Shown piece by piece: positions 1-16,040 of a stretch of DNA of 64,000 nt. Position 1 is the stretch's first letter; every line of letters begins with the position of its first letter. This DNA comes from Magallana gigas. Lineage: Eukaryota. The notes below the pieces were generated by a model. That model ran no database searches. It saw nothing but the letters and a program-made list of their open reading frames with translations, and was not told the DNA's origin. The position numbers and the translations under genes are program-made. Where the stretch lies: NCBI RefSeq assembly GCF_963853765.1, contig NC_088859.1, positions 17,174,001 through 17,238,000 on the forward strand, written 5' to 3'.

Positions 1-218
1 AAATTTTAAAATTGTGGATGAAGATGGAAAATTTTCTAGAGAAATAATATTCACTGGATAAAATAAAAGTCATTTATGCAACTTAATTCTCCTTTCTGTC
101 TTCTTCAAATTATTAGAAGCATTCTAAATTTTAAGGATATTGTCAGCATCGAAAATGCTGTGATAATGTAGACTGAAAAAATACTCTTGCATAATGATTT
201 TTTTTTTAATCTGACATT

Positions 219-264
219 CCAGGGACGTATATAGAGAATACGTGTATAGTAAATACGTCCCTGG
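219..264. mobile_element. 46-bp minimal TIR element (MITE-like)
   Basis: Perfect 12-bp terminal inverted repeat CCAGGGACGTAT (219-230) / ATACGTCCCTGG (253-264), flanked by a 4-bp direct repeat CATT (215-218, 265-268). Confidence 0.6.
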
Positions 265-665
265 CATTCCGTTCAAATAGCTAAAACGAGTTTTAACACC
301 TGCATGTTATTTGTCTCTTTCGCATATTTAAAGTTAACTCTTATTTGCAGAGATACCAAAGCGTATACATAGGCTATTTAATCCTGTTCACACCTGTACA
401 CTTCCATGCAGTAACATTTTGGACTGCATTCAGTTTGGAAACACTTTCTACGGCTAAGCTACAAGGAAAAGTTTAAAATCGAAACTAAAACTCACTGAGC
501 AAAAAAAATACGTTGAAGTTCACTGCATATTTAATCTTTGAATGGAATCTCTTTTGCAAACATCTTTAAAAAATTGCTATCCTATCTATCCTGCTTCCGA
601 AGTGAAAGAAGATGCAATTCTCGCAAGATGCACGAGATTTGCGAAACTTCAGCGAGAACAAACCA

Positions 666-692
666 ACTTCCGGTCTTTCCAATAAAAATCAC
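666..692 (+). promoter_or_regulatory. RPS2: RPS2 core promoter and short non-coding first exon (TCT/5'TOP type)
   Basis: ETS/GABP-type site ACTTCCGG at 666-673 abuts a polypyrimidine initiator TCTTTCC (674-680). A donor GTTAGT follows at 693 and an acceptor TTTTACAG ends at 889, 2 nt before the ATG. This layout is typical of ribosomal protein genes. The TSS is inferred. Confidence 0.6.
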
Positions 693-891
693 GTTAGTAA
701 ACAGTCGTGTGTTTCTAAAATCCAACCGATATCACAATAATCCTAGACATAATAACATTTACACTCTCTTTAAATGAAAAATGACGATTAACAATATCAT
801 TTTTTAACTTATTTTAATGTATACTTTGCATGATAAAGTCGGAAATCGGTAAAATTTTACATAAAATTCATCGCGAAAATCTTTTACAGCA

Positions 892-2392
<1,501 letters not shown>

Positions 2393-2399
2393 GCATTGA

Positions 2400-2405
2400 A
2401 ATAAA
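2400..2405 (+). terminator. RPS2 polyadenylation signal
   Basis: AATAAA 8 nt after the stop codon, followed by T/GT-rich sequence. Confidence 0.75.
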
Positions 2406-2892
2406 GGCTTATAAACACTGTTACCATTGTTTGTGAATATTTTGAATTAACTCACTGACGGACATCTTTTAAATATGAAAGATATCATACCTGTGCTCTA
2501 TGTAGAGCAAAGAGCAAGGACACAGAAGCAAACTAATATTATGTGTTTTATAAATCTAGTCCTAACACAGCATTTTTTGCCATTTTCCATTGACTCTTTA
2601 ATCTAGTTCACAATTTTAGGTTAAAATTATTTGTTTGATGTACTCCGACTGACCCATTAAAATTGCACCAACCCTATTATTTTGAATTCTTCATTTCATA
2701 TTAAAATGAGCTTAGATTATGTTTTTGAATCAATAAACATTGAATTTGTTTAGCTTTCTCGGTATAGAAAAAATAGCTTGAAATATCCAAGAATTTTTTG
2801 TTCAAAAAGACAAAAAAGGTCAACCCACCACGAAAAATTGGGTTGGAGTACATCAAACATAAACATAATTAATGCCGGTGTAATGATTTGCT

Positions 2893-3019
2893 GCATCTTC
2901 CCAAGTCAAGGGTTTCTGATCCGATCCGCTCTACATAAACTATGTAGTTTGTATGTCTATGTAGTCTCTATGTTTATGTAGAGCGGAGCGGATCAGAAAC
3001 CCTTGACTGGGGAAGATGC
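2893..3019. repeat. Long inverted repeat (48-bp arms), probable foldback/MITE
   Basis: 2893-2940 and 2972-3019 are reverse complements at 46 of 48 positions around a 31-nt spacer. A shorter decayed copy lies at 11792-11838. Confidence 0.85.
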
Positions 3020-3768
3020 CCTTGCTGAAGAATAATTGGATTTTTCTGAAGAAAAAAGACCCAGGGGTTATTTTTCTTCATGGTAAACATGACCCCATCT
3101 GTAAACAAGAGTAGAAATTGCTTACCTCGTATCCAAGATACGCCTTTGAAATTACTTACTCTGTTCAACTGATTTTGAAGTTATAAACACGGAATTTGTA
3201 AATCGCTGTATATAGTTTTTCATATCCGTAGCAAACACACGCAAAACACTATTACATTGCCACAAATTGATTGTTAACAGTAACGTCACTTCTCTCATTG
3301 ACATATGGCGGGAAATGACGCAAATAAGGAAACCAAATTCATACACAATGAGGACGTGTGATAATTAACGAACAATAATCATGAAAGAATAATTGGGGTC
3401 ACTTTACTTCATGTACAGTTTGCTCATTTTATGAAAATGACACTTATTCTTCATGCAAAAGGGTCATTTTTCGACGTAGAATAATGCCCCCCCCCCCCCC
3501 CCCGGGTCATTCATGAACACTTTTTTGCTCCAATTCTAAATGAAAATGCGAACAAATGTCAGGATCGTGAGGTATGAACACACGAAAGAAAGAGTTAAAA
3601 TCTTTATTTTTTTGAAAAAAGCACATTAATTGAAAAATATTTACGTTACGACAAATTTCAATTGATATTTTAAGTGCTGTGTGTTGAGCATCGCATTGGT
3701 AATACATAAAAAAAAAATACACACAATTGCATTTTATGCATTGCACGATATTAATGAAAGATATTTCT

Positions 3769-5237
3769 CTAGAAACATTTTCTGTGCACTATTCCTGGAC
3801 CGCTTTCGTCGTATTCCTGTTTGCTGATCCACATCTGTTGAAAGGTTGATAAAGAGGCTAAGATTGATCCGCCTATCCACACAGAGTACTTTCGTTCCGG
3901 TGGAGCTACAACCTTGACCTTGATATTTTGAGGGGCAAGGCTTGCTATCTCGTGGCTCATTCGATCTCCTATCCCAGCAAACATGGTGGTTCCCCCAGAC
4001 AGAACAATGTTGGAGTACAAATCTTTCCTGATATCAACATCGCACTTCATGATCGAATCGTATGTGGCCTCGTGGATACCCGTCGTTTCCATGCCGACAA
4101 AGGATGGTTGAAACAGCGCCTCAGGGCACCGGAAGCGTTCGTTGCCAATAGTGATGACCTGACCATCTGGGAGTTCATAGTTCTTCTCAAGGACAGAGCT
4201 GGTGGCGGCCTTTGTCATGTCGTCATCGAAGTCCAGCGCCACATAGCACAGCTTCTCCTTGATATCCCGGACAATTTCTCGTTCGGCGGTAGTCGTGAAC
4301 GAGTAACCCCTCTCGGTCATAATCTTCATCAAGTAGTCGGTCAAATCTCGGCCAGCGAGATCGATTCTGATGATCGCGTGTGGCAGGGCGTAGCCTTCAT
4401 AGATGGGCACCGTATGGGTGACGCCATCTCCCGAGTCTAAGACAATTCCGGTCGTCCTTCCTGAGGCATACAACGAAAGGACAGCCTGAATAGCTACATA
4501 AAATGCAGGGGTGTTGAAGGTTTCGAACATGATCTGTAACATCTTCTCCCGGTTCGCTTTCGGATTCATTGGGGCCTCGGTCAGAAGGACGGGATGTTCC
4601 TCGGGCGCCACCCTCAGCTCATTGTAGAAGGTGTGGTGCCAGACTTTCTCCATGTCGTCCCAGTTGGTGACGATGCCGTGTTCTATGGGGTACTTGAGGG
4701 TGAGGATGCCTCGTTTGGATTGCGCCTCCTCCCCAACATAGCTGTCTTTTTGTCCCATTCCGATCATTACACCCTGAATTAATTGTAGAAATATTTAAAT
4801 AACAGGTACACACATGTACTTATACTAGTGTACATATATTAGCGATATCATCAAACATACTATAGTTGATGATTTTTTATTTCTCAAAATGGAGTTATGC
4901 ACGAACGTTTTTGCATACATGTGCAACGTGAAGTGTTATCACTTAATTTTAATAGCTTTTTTGGTATATTTCAATAATAGCTTTTTTAATCTCTTCGTCA
5001 GAAGCCATGAAATTATAACAGGTACATGTATTTTACATAAAAAAAATATAAATCAAATATACATGTATGTCGAAAACAGTTTGAAATATTGAAGTTCGGG
5101 GTTCTTACCTGGTGTCGGGGCCTCCCAATGATAGAGGGGAACACGCTCCGTGGGGCATCGTCCCCTCCAAACCCAGCTTTACACATCCCAGATCCATTGT
5201 CAATGACCAGAGCTGCTATTTCGTCGGAATCAGCCAT
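3769..5237 (-). CDS. ACT: Actin, divergent paralog A (377 aa, 2 exons)
   Basis: Exon 1 5237-5109 ([17 protein letters not shown]...RPRHQ, donor GTAAGA). Exon 2 4773-3769 (GVMIGMGQK...[11 protein letters not shown]). The phase-0 intron sits at the conserved actin 41/42 position. AATAAA on the minus strand at 3603-3608; TATAA-like element near 5348-5353. Confidence 0.97.
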
Positions 5238-5385
5238 TTTAACCACACCCTTCTGATGAAGACGGCAGCAGACGTGGAAATGACGAGTCCACGCCTTGTA
5301 GAGTTCTCCACCGACGGCATTGATTTTTTTTTTGCACATGTACCCGCTTATATGTGTTGTTAGTGGAAAATTATTTTTACCTTAT

Positions 5386-5514
5386 NNNNNNNNNNNNNNN
5401 NNNNNNNNNNNNNNNNNNNNNNNNNNNNNNNNNNNNNNNNNNNNNNNNNNNNNNNNNNNNNNNNNNNNNNNNNNNNNNNNNNNNNNNNNNNNNNNNNNNN
5501 NNNNNNNNNNNNNN
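5386..5514. other. Assembly gap (N run)
   Basis: Run of N; removes the proximal upstream region of actin A. Confidence 1.
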
Positions 5515-5975
5515 AATGCTCGATTCAGCATATATATATTGACAGACGTTAGAATTATTATTTTTTAATTCATTTTATTTTTTTGTTCCTGGGCCTCATT
5601 TTCACGATAAAGTTCCAGTGCAATACATATTTTATTTATGATAAAAAGTAATTAAACACCTCCATCATATATTAAATATATAATATTACATAGGCCCGAA
5701 TGTATTGTTAGCAAATTAAAATAACTTTTAGAATTAAGTGACACACATTTGTAAATTATTGATTAAGGCGATGTTAATTTCATTCTCGTGTACATCTTTT
5801 CACATAAAATCATATGTGCAATAAATGCAAATAACATGAATAGATTTAGGTCTCCACAAAAAAATTATTCGTAAGGTAATATACATTTTTAGCTCACCGA
5901 GACGAAGTCAAGGAGAGATTATGCTATACCCTCGGCGTCGGCGGTGGCGTCGGCGTCGGCGTCGGCGTCCGGACC

Positions 5976-7630
5976 TGGTTAAAGTTTTTGTTGCAGGTCC
6001 TGTATCTAAGCTATTACTTGTCCTATCTTCACCAAACTTGCATGGATGATGCATCTGGACCTACTTATGGACTTGAAAGACTTGGATGCTGAATCTGGGT
6101 CCTAAATTTCAGATGCTGGAGGAGGTTAAGGTTGTTGGACCAGGTTAAAGTTTTTGTTGCAGATGCCCTTTGATAGCAGTATCTTAGTTACTGCTGGTCT
6201 GTACTTCACCAAACTTGCATGGATGGTGTGCCTTATGATACTGATGCACCAGACAGGCTTGAGTGCTGAATCTGAGCTATAGGTTTCGGATGCTGGAGGA
6301 GGTTAAGGTTTTTGGAGCAGGTTAAAGTTTTTGTTGCGGGTGTCCATTGATAGCAATATCTAAGTTACTACTGGTCCTAACTTCACCAAACTTGTATGGA
6401 TGATGCGTCTTATGATACTGATGCACCTGACAAGCTTGAATGCTGAATCTGAGCAATAGGTTTCGGATGCTGGAAGAGGTTAAGGTTTTTAGAGCTGGTA
6501 AAAGTTTTTGTTGCAGGTGCCCTCTGATGATTAATCTTAGTTACTACTGGTCCTAACTTCACCAAACTTGTATGGATGATGCGTCTTATGATACTGATGC
6601 ACCTGACAAGCTTGAATGCTGAATCTGAGCAATAGGTTTCGGATGCTGGAAGAGGTTAAGGTTTTTAGAGCTGGTAAAAGTTTTTGTTGCAGGTGCCCTC
6701 TGATGATTAATCTTAGTTACTACTGGTCCTAACTTCACCAAACTTGTATGGATGGTGCGTCTTATGATACTGATGCACCTGACAAGCTTGAATGCTGAAT
6801 CTGAGCTATAGGTTTCGGATGCTGGAAGAGGTTAAGGTTTTTAGAGCTGGTTAAGTTTTTGTTGCAGGTGCCCTCTGATGATTATATCTTAGTTACTACT
6901 GGTCCTAACTTCACCAAACTTGTATGGATGGTGCGTCTTATGATACTGATGCACCTGACAAGCTTGAATGCTGAATCTGAGCAATAGGTTTCGGATGCTG
7001 GAGGAGGTTAAGGTTTTAAGAGCTGGTTAGATAAAGTTTTTGAAACAGGTGCCCTCTGATGATGATATCTTAGTTATTACTTGTCCTTACTTCACCAGAC
7101 TTCCATGGATGGTGTGTCTTATGATACTGAAGCACCTGACAGGCTTGAATGCATAGTCTGGTTTCGGATGCTGGATAAAGTTAAGTTTTTAGGAACAGGT
7201 CACATGTTTAATAGATGATAGTACTATTTCAAACTTGCATAGTTGATTTAACTGTAATATGAATGAATCGCAGAGGTAGCTTCAGATGCAGAGCTTGATC
7301 TCCATTATCAAGGATGCTAAAAAAATAAATCTTATTTATTACTGGTCCTAACTTCACCAAACTTGAATGGATGGTGTGTCTTATGATACAGATGCACCCG
7401 ACAGGCATGGATGCTGAATCTGAGCCATAGGTTGCGGATGCTGGAGGAAGTTAAGGTTTTAATTGCTAGTGCCCTCTGATGATGATATCTTGGTTATTAC
7501 TGGTCCAAACTTCACCAAAATTGCATGGATGATGCGTCTTATGATACAAATGCAGCTGATGGGCTTGAATGCTGAATCTGAGCCATAGGTTTCGGATGGT
7601 GGATGAGGTTTAGTTTTTTGGAACAGGTCA
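5976..7630 (+). repeat. Satellite-like tandem array, monomer about 176 bp, inside the HINE
   Basis: Anchor CTGGTCCTAACTTCACCAAACTTG recurs at 6371, 6547, 6723 and 6899 (period 176). About 8-9 monomer equivalents, more diverged at the edges. Confidence 0.92.
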
Positions 7631-7794
7631 CATGCTTTATAGATGATAGCTTGCATAGTTGATTTAACTTTATTATAAATTAAATGCAGAGGTTGCTTCA
7701 GAAGCAGAGCCTCATCTCCATTATCAAGGATGCTAAAGAAATCTCATACCTCACTCAAACCAGCTCGATAGATAGATGTGTTTGTTGATAAATG

Positions 7795-8815
7795 ATATAA
7801 CATGATTCCTATGATAAAGTATTGTATGATATGAAACAATATTGTTTGATATGATACAATATGATATCATATGTTATATTATAAAAAGTTATACGATACG
7901 ATATGATATTGTATCAATTTTTTTGATATTTTATGATATGATTATGTATCATGATATTGTTATGTATAGTATTGTATATTATGATACAATATTGTCTAAT
8001 ATTATATTGTATTTTTAATTTATTATTTTATCACATGATACAATTACATAAGATATTGCAAAATATTATATTGTATCCTATGATACAATATTGTATATTC
8101 TATAATATTGTATCATACAATATTGTATAATATGATATTGGTTTCAGTAATATAGAATTATATCACATGAAATTGTATTATATGATATTGTAATATTATA
8201 TAATATTGTATCATACGATATTGTATGATATGATATTGGTTTATATGATATATTATCATATCACATGAAATTGTATTATTTGATATTGTAATATATTTCA
8301 TTGTGTCATATGATGCAATATGTATAATTTAAAAATATTTTTTATAATATTTTACCATATCACATAATATTGTATCATTTGATAAGATACAATGTTGGAA
8401 TCAAATTATATTGTATTATATGATATAATATCATATAATGTATCAAATATGTTTCAGTGTCATTCAATACAATATCATTCTATATTATACAATATAATAT
8501 CATGTTTCAGTGTTATGATGTATTATGTAATATGGTATTGTAATATGATACTATATTGTATTATATTTTATGATATTGTATTATGTGATCAAATACAATA
8601 AGGTATAACACAATACAATGTCATATCATACGTTACAATATCAAATCTCATTATTGTTTATTACGGTATTTTATTTATTATATGATATATATTATATTAG
8701 AAATATGACATGATGCAATATTTAATTTTATATCATTGTATTGATTAACATATTAACATATGATTATCATAAAAAAAATTTATCAGATGATATACGATAT
8801 TTTGTCAAAACAGAA
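7795..8815. repeat. Degenerate AT-rich pentanucleotide-like low-complexity tract (ATGAT/ATATT/ATACA)n
   Basis: About 1 kb of reiterated ATATG/ATTGT/ATACA units with almost no CpG. It lies between the satellite and the 3' subTIR of the HINE. Confidence 0.85.
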
Positions 8816-10016
8816 TCCATGAATATCCAAGATCATAAAGTATGATTTTCATATAAAATGATAAAGGCGGTCTTATGAAGGTGATGTCTCATAAGGGTGA
8901 TGCTCCGTCTCGGTGAGCTCAGTAATCTATGATTACCTATGTTTTTTAGTGTCAAAGATACACTCAACAAAGAGTTAAACTTTTTAATCAATTCAATGAC
9001 ATTAGCGTTCCTTTTCATATTTACTATATTCTTTATGGTAGTTCTGACTTTTCATACAACTTAAAATGTAAAATTGTTTCTTATGTTCATAGTTATATTA
9101 TAGCTTCTAAGCGTTTTTCACTTTTTTTTCCAATGGGCTGGATCATGACACCAATATTCTATGTCTGTCTGTCGGTATGAATGAATGAGGTGACGGGTTT
9201 ATAAATGTAGGAATGAATGTGTTCATGTATATGCTAAACAGCAAATTAGCTTACAATTTACCATCATAGGACAAAAGTCAAGCTTATTATTTATTATCCA
9301 ATTATCCTTTGTCTTGTATACGAAAATTTCAATAATATATCACTCTGTAAACTGGTAAATTATACTATATACTATATTCTATGATTATTTTATAACACCA
9401 CTTCTTGACGTTGTATTTTGGAGAGGGTTTATATAGGCTTTGCCTGTTGCCTAATCCATTTGATTACTCAATAAAATATGTTTAAATTAAAAATGTATTC
9501 GCTAAAAGTAATGGTATTTATTTTGTAATTAAACAACACATAAAAACTTAGTCGGAAATAGTCGTGACGTTTTCCTCGCCCTTTTTTTAAAATGATTTTG
9601 ATATTTTTGAAAAGCCAGGAAAACTTCAAATAATTCAGACCAATAAAAACTGAACTAGCGAAACGTTCTCAGAAATTAGAAATCGTTTACTTGGTATGCT
9701 GACAACAAGTCGATACGAACTTAAATGTTCTTTTTGTGATGATTGCGCAGATAATGGTCAGTAAAAACAAAATTAGTCATAAACCATGATATTTGAATTG
9801 TTATATAGTCTATAGATATGTAACAAGACATCTCCATTATGATTTGTGCCCCCCCCCCCCAAAAAAAAAAATCTTTATGTATGGTGACATATTCTGATCA
9901 GAACTTGTATTCGGTAAACATTTTCTAATCAAAGTACATAAGCTGGGTAAGTTTTAACGATTTTGATTACTAGTATAAGAAACGGAGTTTTACAAAATTA
10001 TAAATGGTTAATATTA

Positions 10017-10127
10017 TCTAAACAATAAAATGCTTTCTTTTGTGATTCATGTGGGATATGAAGGTGGAGACATTGCAGAAAAATACAAAACCCGCGGGTT
10101 CCGTAATTTGTTTCTGCAATGATCGCT
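10017..10127. mobile_element. Partial copy of palindromic MITE family P1
   Basis: AAACAATAAAATGCTTTCTTTTGTGATTCATGTGGGATATGAAGGT matches the arms of the intact copy at 15783-15923. Confidence 0.65.
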
Positions 10128-10185
10128 GAATTAACGATAAGTTTCCCTAAGATATGGCATGTCAAACGTTGCAATATTAGATCTT

Positions 10186-10507
10186 TTCCATTTGTATTGT
10201 ATAAATATTCATTGTAGTGTATGCTTTTCTATTTGTATTGTATAATTTTCCATTCTTATACTATAATTTTCATTTCTATTCTATAATTTCCCATTTGTAT
10301 TGTATAATTTTTCATTTGTGATGTATAATTATAGAATATACAAATAGAAAATGATACAATGCAAATGGAAAATTATAGAATACAAACGAAAATTATACAA
10401 TACAAATGGAAAGTTATAGAATACAAATGGAAAATTATAGAATACAAATGGGAAATTATAAGTACAAATAGAAAATTATACAATACAAATGAATATTTAT
10501 ACAATAC
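10186..10507. repeat. Two 21-bp tandem arrays in inverted orientation (foldback remnant)
   Basis: Unit ATAGAATACAAATGGAAAATT on the right of about 10330 and its reverse complement on the left. Produces the spurious 7-aa-periodic ORF at 10359. Confidence 0.75.
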
Positions 10508-10574
10508 CCATCACAAAAAGGTCTTTATTCCAGAAATAAGGGTTGGTTAATTCTTATTGTAGTATCTGAAATAT

Positions 10575-11722
10575 TAAGCTCACTTGAGCTTAATGCTTAA
10601 GTTAGCTTTTCTGATCGCTTTTTGTCTGGCGTCCGTCTGTCCGCCCGTCTGTAGACTTCTTTACATATATGTATTCGACTTCCTCTGCAGAACCTCATGG
10701 TTAATTTCATCACAACTTGCCACAAAGCGTCATTGGACGAAGGGGATTCAAGTTTGTTAAATTGAAGGACCACGCCAACTTTCAAGGGGAGATATAGCTA
10801 AAAATTGTTGAAAAATTTGTTTGTATTTTTCAAAAGCCTCCTCTCAAAAAAAATTTGGCCAGAAAAGCTGAAACTTGTATGGGAGCATCCTCAAGTAGAG
10901 TAGATTCAGGATTGTTCAAATAATGATCTCTGGGGGTAGGCTGCGGCCAAAATGAGGGATCGAATTCTTTCAACGGAATATAATGAAAAAAAATATTTTT
11001 CTCAGACACCGATCGGCCAGAAAAGCCGAATCTTGTGTGAGAGCCTTCTCATTTAGGTAAGATTCAAAGATTGTTCAAATTATGATCCCTTGGGGTAGGG
11101 TGGGACCACGGGGGGGGGGTCAATTTTTTTCAATGAAAAGTGTAGAGAAAAATCTTTTAAAAATCCACCGATCGGCCAGAAAAACTAAAACATCCTAATG
11201 TTTGGTAGATTCAAGTTTGTTCAAATCATGATTCCCAGGGATGAGGTGGGACCACGGGTGGGGGGGGGGGATGGGGGGGCAAATTTTTACAAAGGGGTAT
11301 ATAGAGAAAAATCTTTAAAAAACTTCTCAGAAACCGTTAAGTTTGTTCTAATTTTGTTCTTCGTTTGTTATAATCCACCAGGGGAAATTTTTATTTTTAT
11401 TTTGGGGGAGGGGGTTCTCGAACTTTTACATCAGGAATGAATAGAGAAAAATCTTGAAACTTTAAAAAAAAAAAAACAATTTGCGAAGGCAAACTTAGAT
11501 AGACTATTAGTGTAGATTCAAATTCGTCAAAATCATAATCTTCAGACCGAGTAGGGTGGGGCCACATGACTGAGGAGGGATCCAAATTTAAAAAGAAAAA
11601 CATTTTAAATTATTCACAAAAACTCAAATGTTGTAATATACGTTTTGTTTTTTTATATCCACGCATTTTGATAGGTTGTTGATTCTTCAAAGTTATTCAG
11701 ACTTTGGCCAATGCTCACGTAA
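10575..11722 (+). mobile_element. Second Helentron-type non-autonomous element with Cg170-like satellite monomers
   Basis: 5' AAGCTCACTTGAGCT..GCTTAAGTTAGCT hairpin head and (CGTC/CTGT)n microsatellite. Then about 165-185 bp degenerate repeats containing GGCCAGAAAAGCTGAAACTTGT..TAGATTCA..TTGTTCAAAT.ATGAT..GGGGTAGGGTGGG, which match my recollection of the Crassostrea Cg170 satellite. The 3' end is degenerate and approximate. Confidence 0.75.
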
Positions 11723-11872
11723 ATCGCTAACGGGGCCGGCTTATGTTTTTTTCTGCAATGTCGCTACCTTCATATCACATATGAATCATTACATCTTCCC
11801 AAGGTTTCTCATCAGCAACCCTTTGACGTGGAAAGATGGAATCACCAAAGAAAACATTTTATTGTTTAAATG
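11722..11872. mobile_element. Right half of palindromic MITE family P1 with a nested 47-bp hairpin insert
   Basis: TTCTGCAATGTCGCTACCTTCATATC..ATGAATCA..CCAAAGAAAACATTTTATTGTTTAAA matches the P1 right arm. It is interrupted at 11792-11838 by a decayed copy of the 2893-3019 hairpin, with GAATCA repeated on both sides. Confidence 0.6.
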
Positions 11873-11948
11873 TGCATTGTTTACTCAACCAAACAGAGTT
11901 ACGCACCTTTGACTTTCTAAAGTTCAAGCGCGGTGCTATTTGAATTGA

Positions 11949-11993
11949 CCATATTTGGGAGTGCATCCCTGCCATCAGTATTTCCTTATAAGG
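11949..11993 (+). promoter_or_regulatory. Two perfect CArG boxes (SRF sites) upstream of actin B
   Basis: CCATATTTGG at 11949-11958 and CCTTATAAGG at 11984-11993 both fit CC(A/T)6GG, about 110-155 bp before the ATG. CArG boxes are the canonical actin promoter element. Confidence 0.8.
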
Positions 11994-12101
11994 AGGTATT
12001 GGAATTAAAAAGTCCCCGGATGGACACGTGGTCTCTTCCATTTTGCTCAAGCATTCGAACGCACAAGACTGAATTTAGGCCACAGTTTCATTTTCATCTA
12101 A

Positions 12102-14493
<2,392 letters not shown>

Positions 14494-15258
14494 GTTTGTG
14501 TCTAATACAGACTGTAAATCATTGGTAGCTTGTTTCTTTGTGATTATGTGTTCTTTAAAACCAATGTATTATATCCTTGTGATTGTATTGTAAACTTGTC
14601 AATGCATGCAGCAAACGAAAGATATTAAAAGAAATTAAAATTGTTCCATGTTTTCTCTCAATGATGCTTGGATGATTTTTTTTTCATGAAAGTGTTTTGG
14701 GCAAAAATAATTTACAGAAGTATTCTGTTAACTGGATAGCAAAAAAACAATTCTCTATACTCGCGTATCTAGAGATAATTTTTTTTTCTTTTGTGTAAGG
14801 AGGCTGGGTGGTCAACAAATTAACCACCATTCACCTTAATTTTATTTAAATGGCTTGTTAAACAGCTACATAAACTATAACTTCGTAAAGAAAATTTGAA
14901 TGTTTTCCCACAAGGACATCTTAATATAGAGCTCTAACTCATCTGTTTAAGGAGATTTATCAGGTTTAAAAATGGCCATAACCATCCAGTCCTCTTAAAA
15001 TTTATTCCATCTGACATTTATTGGGGGGGGGGGGGGGATTCCCAATCCACGCCTGACATGACACTTTAGAAGTATTAAAAGTACATTATAATTGAAATAC
15101 TTTCACCGGTTTAGAATTTTCAAATTTAACAATATTCTAATAAAAAAAGAAATTGCTTCAAATCCTTTTTGGGCCCCGATATTGGCCCGGGGTGTTATGG
15201 TTTTTACAATATATTTAGGATCTTCGATTTAAATACAAGCTTTCATATTAAAATTAAA

Positions 15259-15320
15259 TACAGCAAAACTCGGATACAACGAATACGAATGTAGCGAATT
15301 TACTGTTATAACGAATTCTT
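15259..15320 (+). mobile_element. Possible pogo/Tigger-like terminal fragment
   Basis: TA followed by CAGCAAAACTCGGATACAACGAA resembles pogo-type TIRs. No matching right end was found. Confidence 0.3.
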
Positions 15321-15782
15321 ATTCATGTCCTGGCACGTTTTCAATAAAAACTAGTAGAAATTTGCTGTAGATAACGAACACAGTTATATATTTACATCTA
15401 ACAAGTATTATTTCCTCTATTTCTTATGGAAACTTATAGTTAAATCATGAATAGCTCTATAGAAACAGCTAGACTGAATCTACACGCCCCGTTTATCGAT
15501 TGGTCGAAATCTTCAACGGCTGAAACTGACAAGAAATTGACAGGACTCAAATTGACACGCCCTATTAATCGATTGGTCAAAGCCAACAGCGACCTAAGAA
15601 AAATCACGGACTGCACGAAATAATCATGATGATGTCAGACTCAGTCTTACAGGAGACGATTTGCCCGTTTCTTTTAGCCAACGTACTTATGTATATTAAC
15701 CATAATTTAGTGAATTTTACTAACTTTTCATAATCGATTTATTAATTAGTTAAAAGAAAGATGTTATTATAAATAATGAGTT

Positions 15783-15923
15783 GCTTTCTTTGATGATTCA
15801 TGCGGGTTATGAAGGTAGCAATCATTGTAGAGAAAAATTACATAACCCGCTAACGTGGGTTATGGTTTTTTTTTTTTTGCAAGGTCGCTACCTTCATATC
15901 CCGAATGAATCCCCAAAGAAAGC
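15783..15923. mobile_element. Near-intact palindromic MITE family P1
   Basis: Arms GCTTTCTTTG..ATTCATGCGGG.TATGAAGGTAGC / GCTACCTTCATATCCCGAATGAAT..CAAAGAAAGC around a CATAACCCGC-TAAC-GTGGGTTATG centre. Further partial copies at 10017, 11722 and 24434. Confidence 0.78.
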
Positions 15924-16040
15924 ATTTTCTTGTTAAAATGAAGCAATTTTAAGACCCCCGCTGGCAAAATTTTAACGTAGTTTATCAATTATTAAATGAA
16001 TATTTTCCAAATGGAAATTTCACTGAAGATAAGTCATATA

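Larger units (their letters stand above)
5886..8941 (+). mobile_element. Non-autonomous Helentron-type element (HINE/DINE-like), apparently complete, about 3.05 kb
   Basis: Starts in a T run. 14-bp subterminal inverted repeat AGCTCACCGAGACG (5891-5904) / CGTCTCGGTGAGCT (8906-8919). (CGGCGT)n microsatellite near 5932-5970, central tandem array, 3' stem-loop GTAATC-TAT-GATTAC (8922-8936), ends in a T run. This is the established HINE layout. Confidence 0.85.

Noticed and set aside
3928-4440. 170-aa plus-strand ORF and similar ORFs at 13635-13884 and 14199-14441
   Set aside because: Antisense shadows of GC3-rich actin coding sequence, which suppresses stops on the other strand.
5320-5568. ORFs spanning N runs (also 25454-25761 and 56205-56525)
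   Set aside because: Artefacts of translating assembly gaps.
5976-7630. Regularly spaced repeats resembling a CRISPR array
   Set aside because: The whole monomer repeats with no unique spacers, the context is eukaryotic, and there are no cas genes.
14603-14608. TGCATG in the actin B 3'UTR as an Rbfox target site
   Set aside because: A single hexamer; not distinguishable from background.
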